Positions 27,139 through 39,607 of a stretch of DNA of 64,000 nt are shown in pieces; position 1 is the stretch's first letter, and each line of letters starts with the position of its first letter. The stretch covers positions 9,982,001 to 10,046,000 of the forward strand of contig NC_043000.1 in NCBI RefSeq assembly GCF_006345805.1, written 5' to 3'. Both the position numbers and the translations under genes were made by a program. This DNA is from Octopus sinensis. Its lineage: Eukaryota. The notes under the pieces are model-generated. The model ran no database searches. It was not told the DNA's origin and was given only the letters and a program-made list of their open reading frames with translations.

Positions 27139-27140
<2 letters not shown>

Positions 27141-27431
27141 AGGCGCAATGGCCCAGTGGTTAGGGCAGCGGACTCGCGGTCGTAGGATCGCGGTTTCGAT
27201 TCCCAGACCGGGCGTTGTGAGTGTTTATTGAGCGAAAACACCTAAAAGCTCCACGAGGCTCCGGCAGGGGGTGGTGATCCCTGCTGTACTCTTTCACCAC
27301 AACTTTCTTTCACTCTTTCTTCTGTTGGCCTGCTCGCTTAGCCAGCGGGGTGGCGTCATTCGAAGGCTAAAACAATGCGAACGCATTGTGACCAGCGATG
27401 TGTAACAACATCTGATGGTCTGGTCGGTCAC
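27139..27431 (+). mobile_element. SINE-C with tail Y
   Basis: Same head and centre as 19125; different tail ending CATCTGATGGTCTGGTCGGTCA. Confidence 0.88.
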
Positions 27432-27678
27432 TCGTTGGACGTCTTCTACAGTTTCCGTCAACGAAATCCATTTACAAAGAATTAGCCTGAGGCTATAGTG
27501 GAAGAAATTTGTGCAAAGTGCTACACAGCGGGATTGAAACTGCGAGGTTACAAAGCGAGTTTCTTCGCCACACTGTCATGCCAATTGTTATTTTTTGCTT
27601 TTGTTTGACTGTAAATGATACCCTAATCAACCTGTCACTTGAACAAGCCTCCACTACCGACACTGTCACCACCATTAC

Positions 27679-27767
27679 CATCACTTCTTCATAATAAGAT
27701 GCGTATTCTAATCCTGGCATTCTAAAACACCGTCGAATGAAATTCAATGGAAATCTAGGCAGAACAT
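27679..27767 (-). CDS. Candidate internal exon of an unidentified host gene
   Basis: Acceptor ttttaaattcccag|, donor ATG|gtaatg (alternative GAA|gtgatg); open in phase 1 to 0: (D)VLPRFPLNFIRRCFRMPGLEYASYYEEVM. Confidence 0.4.
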
Positions 27768-27982
27768 CTGGGAATTTAAAATCTGGAGAAATCCGAAAAG
27801 CTAACGTGAATTATTGGCTTTATGTCTGATCTAAGACGAGGGGATATAATTAAGTGTCACCTATGAGGAATTTAATGTTTACATAATTGTATTTTGGACT
27901 AACGAAGACACATATTGTAATATTTCGAGACAACAAACTTTGAGAAGACAACAGTTATAGGAAACTATCAAAGTTAGCTTTC

Positions 27983-28967
27983 TTATTTCTTTACTGCCCA
28001 CAAGGGGCTACACACAGATGGGAGGGGACAAACAAGGACAGACAAACGGATTAAGTCGATTACATTGACCCCAGTGCGTAACTTGTACTTATTTAATCGA
28101 CCCCCAAAGGATGAAAGGCAAAGTCGACCTCGGCGGAATTTGAACTCAGAACGTAACGGCAGACGAAATACCCATTTTTTACTACCCACAAGGAGCTAAA
28201 CACAGAGGAGACAAACAAGGACAGACAGACGGATTAAGTCGATTATATCGACCTCAGTGCGTAACTGGTACTTATTTAATCAACCTCGAAAGGATGAAAG
28301 GCAAAGTCGACCTCGGCGGAATTTGAACTTCGAACATAGCGGCAGACGAAATATTTATTTCTATTTCTTTACTACCCACAAGGAGCTAAACACAGAGAGG
28401 ACAAACAAGGACAGACAAACGGATTATGTCGATTATATCGATCCCAGTGCGTAACTGATACTTATCTAGTCGACCCCGAAAGGATGAAAGGCAAAGTCGA
28501 CCTCGGCGGAATTTGAACTCAGAACACAGCGGCAGACGAAATACCTATTTCTTTACTACCCACAAGGAACTAAGCACAGAGGAGACAAACAAGGACAGAC
28601 AGACGGATTAAGTCGATTATATCGACCTCAGTGCGTAACTGGTACTTATTTAATCGACCTCGAAAGGATGAAAAGCAAAGTCGACCTCGGCGGAATTTGA
28701 ACTTCGAACATAGCGGCAGACGAAATACCTATTTCTATTTCTTTACTACTCACAAGGGGCTAAACACAGAGGGGACAAACAAGGACAGACAAACAGATTA
28801 AGTCGATTATATCGACCACAGTGCGTAAGTGGTACTTATTTAGTCGACCCCGAATGGATGAAAGGCAAAGTCGACCTCGGCGGAATTTGAACTCAGAACG
28901 TAGCGGCAAACGAAATACCACTAAGCATTTCGCCCGGCGTGCTAACGATTCTACCAGCTCGCCGCCT
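27983..28967 (-). mobile_element. SINE-A tandem pentamer
   Basis: Units start near 27983, 28173, 28362, 28546 and 28736; only the last has a complete head; flanking direct repeat AAAGTTAGC at 27970-27978 and 28968-28976. Confidence 0.92.
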
Positions 28968-29165
28968 AAAGTTAGCAATTCTGATCACGAAATAAGTCGG
29001 AATAAGTTTTCTGGAAGAAAGTGAGCTGTTATATAAGGATTCGTGTTATGTGGTGCTTGAGAGTGCAAGATAAAATATGTGTAGAATATATATGAATTTA
29101 GGGAGTATTAAACTTATGTATGCTAATACATAAGCTGATTATCTTACATATTGTACGTAGATCGT

Positions 29166-29242
29166 AGGAAAGCAAATATACCGCGGTATTCGTCAGGAGT
29201 TAATATGCGTTACTGACGATACCGCTGTAAATTTGCTTTTCT
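29166..29242. ncRNA. Isolated pre-miRNA-like hairpin (candidate)
   Basis: About 28 paired positions with two mismatches, one bulge and a 16-nt loop, in non-repetitive sequence. Confidence 0.3.
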
Positions 29243-29934
29243 TGCAATGTATTTGCATTGAGTATGATGCACAATTGACTGTTTTAATCTAGTACTGCTT
29301 TTGTTGCGTATAACAGATTGTAATGTATACGTCTGCAAATATGAGAAGCTGTAAGAAACATTAGGGAAATGACTTGTGAGGTAGAATAATCTCATTAAAA
29401 CTAGGAATATTTATAGCTAATCACTTGTTTTAAAAACTAAGTGCACTGCAGATAGCACTTATTCTTTCGTTTAATATTATTACATGAAACAGTTCTAACA
29501 CAATATAGAGGTAGTATCACTTAGACACTTCTAAAATATCGGCCTGGTTTTACACGTGAATGGTTTTAAAAACACAATCAGGATCTTTTGGGATTTACAC
29601 ATTCACATAAAAAGCGCGCATTCCTTTTTGTGAAATTTAAATGAAATTAATAAAACAATAATCGAATTCTATTATTGATTTTTGTGATTAGAGATAAATC
29701 TAATGGCTAATAGACTTACTGATGCTATTGTGGAGTTTGTCACGGCATATTACTATTAATCCAGAAAGAATTATGCTTGAGTTTCCAGTAGCGATTGAAC
29801 TAATTTCATGTATCGAAATTTTTTTTGTTTCTTACAATTGTGTTAAATTGCATGTGTGTGTGTGAATGTGTGTGTGTGTGCGTGTGTGTGTGTGCGTGTG
29901 TATGTGTGTGTGGTTGAGTGTGTGCGTGAATTAT

Positions 29935-30302
29935 TTTATTCTTTTATGTTTTTACTTGTTTCAGTCATTTGGCTGCAGCCATGCTGGAGCACCGCCTTAA
30001 ACGGTTTTAGTAGAAGAAATCGACACCAGGACTTATTTCATAAGCCTAGTACTTATTCTATCGGTCTCTTTTGCCGAAGCGTTAAGTAAACACACCAACA
30101 TCGGTTGTCAAGTGATGGTGGGAGACAAACATGGACACATAAATTTATACATATATATCGTTGGTATTATGTTAAACTGTCGTATGTCCAAATTCGGCCA
30201 AATGCGTTCTTTTCCAATATTTAATTTTGCTAAGGCGGAAATTGTACGGAAGCCCGTTGTGTGTGTGTATGAGTGTAAGTGCGTGTGTGTGTGTGCATGT
30301 GT

Positions 30303-30334
<32 letters not shown>

Positions 30335-30540
30335 TTATGCTTGGTCACTCCATCGCTTGACAACCGCTGTTGGTTTTTTCACATCCGAGTAACATAACGG
30401 TTCGCCCTAAAATCGATACAATAAGTACCAGACTTTAAATATTTAGATATATATATATAATTACTGGTGTTGATTTGTTCTGCAAAACCTTTCAAAGCGG
30501 TGCTCCAGCATGACTGTAGTTCAATCAAAAAACGGCAAAA
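29935..30540. mobile_element. Two partial SINE-B copies (about 29935-30135 minus, about 30245-30540 plus)
   Basis: Family tail and body motifs. Confidence 0.75.
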
Positions 30541-31008
30541 AACATAGGAGACTCACTCGTCGGGATGAACCAATAATAGTGTCATCTACACACAGAATTA
30601 ATTTAGAATTTTGAAATGAAAGTTGTTTTCATAAACGTCTGGCAAGTAATGACAGGCTGTCAAATCTATAGTTAGACATTACAGTAACAAAGTGTACGAT
30701 AGATAAACAGCTCACTCAATTTAAATTTCAACAGTCGAGAATTGACATTAAATGGAGTAGTTATATTTATTTGTTTATATTATTTTCAATAAAATTATCG
30801 TAAGTTAATTACAGTGTAATTTTGTGACAACATTCACAACGAATTAAATATAATTAATGTAAATCTTGAATATAATTTATTCTGGTAATTATTAAGAACA
30901 CATAATTGTTTTCTACATCTGCCCAAACCGCCCAATCCAATTATTGCGAGATTTTCATCTTATTTTTTATTCTAGTTTAATATTTCTTTCTTCAAGACGG
31001 GAATCATC

Positions 31009-31446
31009 GGATCTTTTCGGTTTGAACGGCAGTTTTTTAAAATAATTTCCACGTAACTAAACACTTTTAAACTTCGTATACTGGTAGAATGTGTTTACAA
31101 AACATCTTTTTCTCTTGGCTTTATTGAGAAAATTCTATAATTTGTAAGATATTTGTTGTTTTTTTTCTTCAATTTCTGAAATTTCAACCAATCAATGACG
31201 TCTATTGAGGTGAAAACATTCTGTGCCGTATGAATATGTCCCTTGTTTAGGAAACAGATTGGGTTTATTTACATTTCTGAAGAAAAAAAGATACCCTTCC
31301 CCCACTCCTAACCCTAACCCTAACTAACCCTAACCCTAACCCTAAAATAGATTGAAATGCAATAGATCGATACTAGGGTCATAATTATGGGTGACAATTT
31401 CATATGACATCGCAAGAAAAAACTGCCGTTCAAACCGAAAAAATCC
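31009..31446. mobile_element. Non-autonomous DNA transposon (MITE), possibly Merlin-like
   Basis: TIR GGAT(C/T)TTTTCGGTTTGAACGGCAGTTTTT at both ends; 8-bp TSD GAATCATC at 31001-31008 and 31447-31454; internal (CCTAAC)n at about 31307-31345. Confidence 0.9.
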
Positions 31447-31503
31447 GAATCATCTTAAATGAAGACGTTTATTTTAATCCAATACAGTATCGGTAAAGTA
31501 GTC

Positions 31504-31698
31504 TGTTGCTTGGACGACCCCAGACGATGAAGTAGGCTAGCTCAATACGTAGATATAGAGGGAGAAGCCTAGACGTCAAGTAGAGTCAGAGTAGCAGTCG
31601 GAGTCGAGTTGAGTAGAAAGCATCCGAACGTGCGACATAACAGTGGCGACGAGGATTTCTTAGCACACACAGACACTGTGTAGTATTGCGACATAACA
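31504..31698 (+). mobile_element. Internally deleted Gypsy-type LTR element remnant
   Basis: TGTT...AACA LTR (31504-31642), PBS TGGCGACGAGGAT (31644-31656), last 12 nt of the LTR repeated at 31687-31698, 5-bp TSD TAGTC on both sides. Confidence 0.75.
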
Positions 31699-32984
31699 TA
31701 GTCGAACTCGTATGTTCTAACAGGAATGATACAGTTTCCGTAAGAGTATGTTGATCTATCAGAAATATCATTTTCGAGAAATTCATATAGAAAATTTCCT
31801 CTGGGTGCCTTCTACATAAAGAATATGTAGCTAAGTGAAGACCACTATGCTTAATATTCAGAAGGAACAGTCGAAAACATTGTCGTATCGACTATGTTGA
31901 AGTAGCTGATGCAACGAATTTGTCGACAGTTCAGTATGAATACTGATGATTGCTTGCTGTATAGACTACGTTGTAGCAGTGAATACAACACAGTGGACAG
32001 TACAGTATAAATACTAAAAATTACTAATGAGAGTTACACAATATTTGAAGATTTGACAATGTAGTCGGCTTACAAGATTCTCTTTATATAACTCATATTT
32101 ATTGTTAATGAAATGCACGTAAGAAAATGTAACTAAATATTTTATAAACAAAGTCTATTTCGTTTTGCTTTATACATATGTACATACATACACACATATA
32201 TGTATGTTCACCTGTGTATGCATATATATATTGTCGTAAGCGAGTGTCGCTGTATATCTGTGTTGCAATCTTTAAAGTAGCATCAATTAAAATGAAATCA
32301 ATAATAATGAGGAGTTTGTAAATAAAATGACAGTCAGAAAAATATATCTTTTTGAAATTTATAGTGACTGTTCTATGTCATTGCATCTTGTAATACAAAT
32401 CTAACTTCTTCTGGGACAACTATGCATCGTTATTTATTAGTTTCTCAAACTTTCGAATAAATAATCGAATTTTAGTTTATTTTTCGAAATAAGTTACTTC
32501 TGCTTGTTTATAAAGCATGTCTTATTTTAAACAATGCAAGCTTTGTTTGTGTGCGTGCGTGCGTGCGCGCGCGTATCTGTATGTATGTGCATATATACAC
32601 TCTATGTATATCGGAATCTCATTACATATACATTTTTTAAATGGCAGATGTGCATAAACATTTACATAAAACCACGAACATACGTTGACATATACGCAGA
32701 TGAATACACTCCTAAACATCCAAATACACAAATATTTATTTAAATACATCCATTATATGTGGTCATGTACTCGACTGTACTACGCACATATGATACACAC
32801 ATGCTTTTCATTGCGTTTTACGTCAACCTCTACAATTAAAGAAGTATATTAATGCGAAAACGTAAAAATCTAACTTGGGTGACTTGAAATGCCGAAACGA
32901 AAAAAAAAAATGAATGCTTCAAAACTGCCAAATTTAAATCAGATGCATTTTAATATAGAAGTATATAATTCATTTATTCATTTA

Positions 32985-33388
32985 TTTACTTGTTTCAGTC
33001 ATTTGACTGTAGCCATGCTGGAGCACCGCCTTTAGTCGAGGAAATCGACCCCGGGACTTATTCTTTGTAAGCCTAGTACTTATTCTATCGTTCTCTTTTT
33101 GCCGAACCGCTACGTTACTGAGACGTAAACACATCAGCATCGGTTGTCAAGCGATGTTGGGGGAGGGGGCAAACACAACACACAAACATACACACATATA
33201 TATATATATATATATACATATATAGGACAGGCTTCTTTCAGTTTCCGTCTACCAAATCCACTCACAAGTCTTTGGTCGGCCCGAGGCTATAGCAGAAGAC
33301 ACTTACCCAAGGTGCCACGCAGTGGGACTGAAGCCGGAACCATGTGGTTCGTAAGCAAGCTACTTACCACACAGCCACTCCCGCGCCT
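32985..33388 (-). mobile_element. SINE-B, full length
   Basis: Family head, microsatellite and tail. Confidence 0.9.
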
Positions 33389-33643
33389 ATGATTGATGAA
33401 AATACTAAATAAATACTAAATAAATTCAGAGTATACTTCATGAATTCGATAATGAAGGGAATAGTATGAAACCCAAACTCTGTAAATCATAGGGAATGAT
33501 ATTTTCTTCAGATGAAGCGTTCCTGTTTGTTTTTTCCCTAGAATTTTATACCAAAGAAAGCTTGAGGCTGTTGTAGTGTAAGGAACTGGAAAGTAGGAAA
33601 ACATGCGATACTCTCTAACACTCTTATAATGTATATTCTTAAA

Positions 33644-33964
33644 GACTCCGCCGGTTACGACGACGAGGGTCCCAGCTGATACGATCAACGGAACAGCTTG
33701 CTCGTGAAATTAACGTGCAAATGGCTGAGCATTCCACAGACACGTGTACCCTTAACGTAGTTCTCGGGGAAAATCAGCGTGACACAGAGAGTGACAAGGC
33801 TGACCCTTTGAAATACAAGTACAACTCATTTTTGCCAGCTGAGTGGACTGGAGCAACGTGAAATAAAGTGTCTTGCTCAGGGACACAACGCGTCGCTGGG
33901 AATCGAACTCACAACCTTACGATCATGAGCCGAATGCCCTAACCACTAAGCCACGCGCCCTCAC
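33644..33964 (-). mobile_element. SINE-D (CORE-like centre) with tail X
   Basis: Head GGCGCGTGGCTTAGTGG..GAGTTCGATTCC, centre CCCTGAGCAAGACACTTTATTTC, tail shared with 19125-19509. Confidence 0.85.
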
Positions 33965-34439
33965 CATAATGTATATACTCTTTCACTCTCTTATGATTTT
34001 TATAGCAATACAGGATACTGTCAGGCGTTATATATGCAGTCAGTTGAACGAAAACGGAGTAAAATCAAACATTAAATTTTGAAAAACGTTTCTACACAGT
34101 CGGAATCTCCGCTGTTCAGAAAATGGTAAACCGACGATCGTTTTGAAAAAATATAATGAAAAAATAATGAAGTTATATGCTAAGTGCATGATTTATGGTT
34201 TTTCAAGTGTTCAGTTATTCGTTTCAGTAATTCTGCGTGCAAGCCATTTTTTTTTTTTTTTGGCTTTTTCCGTTATTGCTCTCTTTTCCTCACTGGTAAA
34301 TATACCTCGTTCTTCTACTCTTGCCTGGCAGAAATACGTTAAAACAGTTGTACACAACGCGCACACACATATACACACACACACGCACACACAATGCATA
34401 TATGTACATATATATGTATTTGAGTGTGTTATATTCATA

Positions 34440-34489
<50 letters not shown>

Positions 34490-34689
34490 AGTATATATAT
34501 ACATTGTGTATATATATATATATATATATATATGTTTGTATATATATTTGTATAGATATATATATATATATATGTATGTATATATATATATATATATTGT
34601 ATATATATTTGTAATATATATATATTTGTATATATATATTTGTATATATATATATATATATATATTTGTATATATATATTTGTATATAT

Positions 34690-37613
34690 AAATCCTTAAA
34701 ATCCTTAAAAATGTTTTAGCCCGAAGGCCGCGGCCATGCTGGGGCACCACCGCTGAATGAGCTACACTAGTTTGTGAATCCACCTCTGATACGTGGCACT
34801 TGATCAACAAGGAGTTCGATGCTGCTGCCCGCATCCGTGTCTCCTGTCGTGAGGTAGGTTCATCTGGGACTCCCAACAAGAAGAGATCCAGTTTAATTTT
34901 AAAGAACCCCACATCCACACCATGTAAGTCTCTCAGGCATTAGGGAGGATGTTAAGAGCTGTGGTCCTCTGAAACCCAAGCTGTTGCAGTATCTGGACCT
35001 GTATTTTGATGGTGATGTTGGAATCCTTGGCACCACGCAGCGGCGCCCCGTTCTGCGGTTGGAGTAACTTTGAATGCCAAAGTTTGGGACAAGACCCTCC
35101 AGGATTTTCCAGATGTATATCACTGCATATCTCTCCCGCCTCCGCTCCAGGGAGAAGAGGTTTAATACCTTCAGTCTTTCCCAGTAGCTGACATTTTGCA
35201 TTGAGACGATTTTCTTTGTGTAGCTTCTCTGAGTTGCTTCGAGTTCTGCTGTTTGTTTTATATTGTGTGTGACCAAAGTTGGGAGCAGTAGTCCAAGCGG
35301 CTGAGGACAATGTTTTCCATAGGACCATCAGTGTCTCCTTCTCTCTTGTTCTGAAAGTTCGGAGAATCCATCCAGCTAGCCGTCTGCATTTTATCACCAG
35401 ATTAGCAATATGCATTTGGAAAGATGCATCATTGCTCATGTCAATGCCCAGGTCACGCACTGATTTTGACTCAGGGATTGCATTCATTCTTCCTGGGCCA
35501 GTGTATCCAGTCTTCACGTCATTTACCTTTGTGTGCCAGTAGCGCAGGGCCTGGAACTTACCTGCATTAAACTGCATGTTGTTGTCCTCAGCCCACCTGT
35601 ATATTGTGTCCAGCTCATGTTGCAGATGCACAATATTTTCAGGGTTTTGTATTGCGTGGGAGACTTTTGTGTCATCTGCATAGCTAGCAATGGTGGTCAT
35701 CGTAGCAACTGAAGGCATGTCTGAAAGGCCACTATGAACATCAGTGGCCCCAAGACAGTGCCCTGTGGGACACCGCTTGTTATTTGCGTTTCCCTGGAGG
35801 TGGCTCCATTGCTCACAACTGCCTGTTTTCTGTCTTTTAGGAAGTGTGCAGCCACTCTCCAAGTTTCCCGCCTATGCCGAGACCACGCAGTTTGTGACAG
35901 ATCATACCATGGTCGACTTTATCAAAGGCTTTTGCAAAGTCAGATATATTACATCCACATTTGAGCCATTTAGTAGCTGTTTCAACACCCAGTCATAGTG
36001 TTGCAGGAGCTGTGTTAGGCAGCCTCTACCTGGTCGAAATCCATGCTGGGTGTCAGACAGTAAGTCATTTTCTTCAAGGAACATGATTAGTTTCTTACGG
36101 ACTATTCGTTCCATGACTTTGCTGATGTGTGAGGTCAGAGAGATAGGCCTATAATTTTTAGCATCTGCTCTGCTACCTCCCTTATGGATAGGGCATATTA
36201 CCCCCTCTTTCAGTTTGACTGGGAGCTTACCACTTGCAAGAAAGCTCTGAAAAAGAAGCTGTAGCGGTTTTGCAAGGGCTCGTTTGCACGATTTGAGAAG
36301 GATCGCTGGGAATCCATCAGGTCCAGCAGCTGAGTTTGTGTCAATCTCATCAATGGCTAGTGTGATATCATCTTCTTCGATGTTGATGTACTCAATTTTT
36401 GTCTCTTTGGTCGCTGGTAAAGTGGCAAAGAATTCTTCTGGGTTGTTTACTTGCCTGTGTCCTAGAGGTGTAGTGAACACACTTTGGAACTGTTCATTCA
36501 GTATTTCACTTATCCTCGTGGGATTTCCTGTGAGAGAGCCATCTTTTTGGAAGAGAGGTCCTATTCTCTGGTGCACTGTGGCTGTCTCTTTGGCAACTTA
36601 AAGAAAGCTTTAGGGTTTGATTTTATATTTTCTATTACCCAAGCTTCTTTATCTGCTCTCTCCTTTTCATGGGACTGATGTAGACTTTTCTCAGTTTCCA
36701 TTAGCATTCTTTCGAGCCGAGACTTCTCACCACTTTTGGTGTGCTTGCTCAGGCGGTTTGCAATCCTTGTCCGTCGTCTCATAAGAATCCTCCTTTCTCT
36801 AGGATCCTGTTTTTGTTCTTGTGTGTGCTGGCCCTGCACATTGGGACATATTTGTCACATATGGCTTGTATTATGGACATGAAGTGTTTGTGTTTCATGT
36901 TTATGTCCGGTGTGGAGAGACATTCAGGCCAATCCTGTTTGAGGATCTCTTTCTCAATCGACTTCCAGTTGGCTTTATGAAAGTTTAAGTTGGAGAGATG
37001 GTGGGTGCTTCGTATAGGCTGTGTGTCTGCGGGGGCTTTTGTTCCATACATAGACAGCTCTATTATGTTGTGATCCGAGATCATTGTCGGCATCACATAA
37101 CATTATGGATAATATCCATATTGTTTGTAAAGCAGAGATCCAGTATATTATCTGCCCTTGTTGGTTGCAGAACTATTTGCTCCATGAAAGAGGTATTTGT
37201 GAGATGGAGCAGGGACTCCACCTGTGCCTGCTGATGGTGTGTCATCCCTGGGAGCATCTGCCCCCCAGGCCATTCCACATTGGGGAGGTTAAAGTCACCC
37301 ATGAAGAATACACTGTTGTGCTTTCAAGGTTGGTGAGGACTTCTCCTATTTTTGTTAGGCAGTCTTCAAACATGCCTGAGTGTTTTGGGGCGTCTGGTGG
37401 GCGATATGTAGTGCATATGACGATATTCATTTTGTCTTATGTGTACAATTTGAGTTTCACATACTGAGTTGAATATGACAGCAGGACCTTGGGGCGTGAG
37501 GTCATCTCGGATGTACATTGCAACTCCACCATGGCTCCTCCCTTTTCTATCTGTGCGTATGACTGCATATTGCGGCATGTGTATTTCTGCATCACCTATA
37601 TCGGGTTCAAGAT
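34690..37613 (-). mobile_element. CR1/L2-group LINE family 2, 5'-truncated at the EN start, decayed
   Basis: EN motifs IRTDRKGRSHGGVAMYI, YRPP, MGDFNLP, ILDLCFTN, SDHNII; RT motifs GPDGFPAILLK, NYRPISLTS, QHGFRPGR, IASYADDTKV; (TA)n at both ends; tail (TTTTAAGGA)n. Confidence 0.92.
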
Positions 37614-37708
37614 GTATATATATATATATATATTATATATATATATATATATATATGTACTGGTACACCGGCGATTATAATTAATTTTATTGTATCGCAT
37701 TTATCTTT

Positions 37709-37780
<72 letters not shown>

Positions 37781-37798
37781 TATATATATGTATGTATG

Positions 37799-37836
<38 letters not shown>

Positions 37837-38336
37837 TTGTATGTATATATATATATATACATATTTCTTGTTTGGATTAACTTTATATATATATATACAT
37901 ATGCATATATATATATATATGCGAGAGAAACAGTATTAGTACCAAAAGATAAAATTTATCAATATTTAAATGTGGATGTTAAGCTAGAATATACAATACT
38001 GTGATATTTACCATGAGAGAAACTCATACGGTTCTGTGGTGCATATGAGCACTCGTATTTACATCGTTAGCGAGAGACAATCACCACCATCCGCACTGCC
38101 GAGACTACCAGGTCTCGTGATTTCGGCCTTCCATAGCCTTGTCAATGTTAGATACTTGGCTGATAGAAACAGCTGTAACCTTACCGCTAGCGATAAACAT
38201 AGTATTGCAGAGTCGAATCAGGCAATGGTGTCGCTAAAGACCAGTGGAAAAGTAATTAAAGCGAAAGAAGCTGTAGTAATACCAAAAAGTAAAATTCATC
38301 ATCCCTTAAAAGTGCATATTCCGTTAGAACCTACAC

Positions 38337-38378
<42 letters not shown>

Positions 38379-38689
38379 GCACGCGCACACACACACACAC
38401 ACAGACATACACACACATACACACACATATATATATATATACACACTCACAATAATAAATAAAAAATAAGGCCAAAGAATACCCTTTAATGTGGTTAGGC
38501 GATTTAGCGTCTATTTCAACATATAGGCAAAGTAAATTTTTCTTTGCCCTTATATATAATTGTGCTTATAATTTCACCTTCAAAAGTATTTTTACAGATG
38601 CTGGCCACTGAACAGTTTTTCACAATGTTATCCTTATATTATAAGTGTATATATATATATATATATATATATGCCATTGACATACGGTT

Positions 38690-38920
38690 GGCAGCAATTT
38701 GGGGTCTTCTATTTTATCTTCTATTCAATTAAAGTAGCCTTTTGTCTTTCTTTTTGAAGGAAGCATAGCACTCCTTAAATCTGCCATCTATCATGCCTAT
38801 ATGACTTCTGGTGCCAGCTTTTCCATTCTTGTTGGTGGACCTCACTTCAGCTTCATGTATCACTGGCTCAGTGTTACTCGGGCACGCCTCTTTTGGCTTT
38901 ACATGTGTATGAATCAAATA
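38690..38920 (-). mobile_element. Possible old RTE-like LINE RT fragment
   Basis: PVIHEAEVRSTNKNGKAG resembles the EV..AI...KNGKA.G.D motif. Confidence 0.35.
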
Positions 38921-39131
38921 CGGGTATATTTAGTCATTATGATCCTCATCTTTGGGGTGGTGCGCTTAAGATTGAAGATGCATCGATAATAGTTATGAGT
39001 GTTCATTTATTAATGTTGAAACATTTTAAGTCTAAAGAGGCAAAGGGCCCAAATCATATCGCATTTCGGGGCCTCTTAGATAGGAGGCCCTGAATCATAT
39101 ACATACATACATACATACATACATACATACA

Positions 39132-39167
<36 letters not shown>

Positions 39168-39543
39168 CATATATATAAGCTTCAAATAGGGTTAAAATGT
39201 CACAAGACCGCACATAAAACGTTTTTGGACCCGAAAGTTTTGTCATATTTTCGAAGCACACTTCAAAATACTTTCTAGCCCAATGAAGTGTTGTAAAACC
39301 AAAACCGTACATACACCTACATAGATGCACATGCAGAGAAGTAATAGTATACTACAGAAGCTCAACCACACTCACACAACCATTTACTTTTATACCCATA
39401 TATATATATATAATATGCATATAGACTACACGGAGACACATATTCGGGGACACACACATGCGCGCGGACATATATACATAAGTAAAAATACATACACACA
39501 GTATAAATACACTTACATACAATTGAATGTACACAACACACGG

Positions 39544-39607
<64 letters not shown>

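Noticed and set aside
31307-31345. (CCTAAC)n as a real or fused telomere
   Set aside because: Short and internal to a TSD-flanked MITE.
34712-34751. The shared LINE/SINE 3' motif as a ribozyme (hairpin followed by GAAAC)
   Set aside because: No CUGANGA core and no HDV pseudoknot; better explained as an RT recognition element.
38036-38455. 139-aa ORF in unique-looking sequence
   Set aside because: No recognisable motif, GTG start, ends in a (CA)n tract, no clear splice signals.
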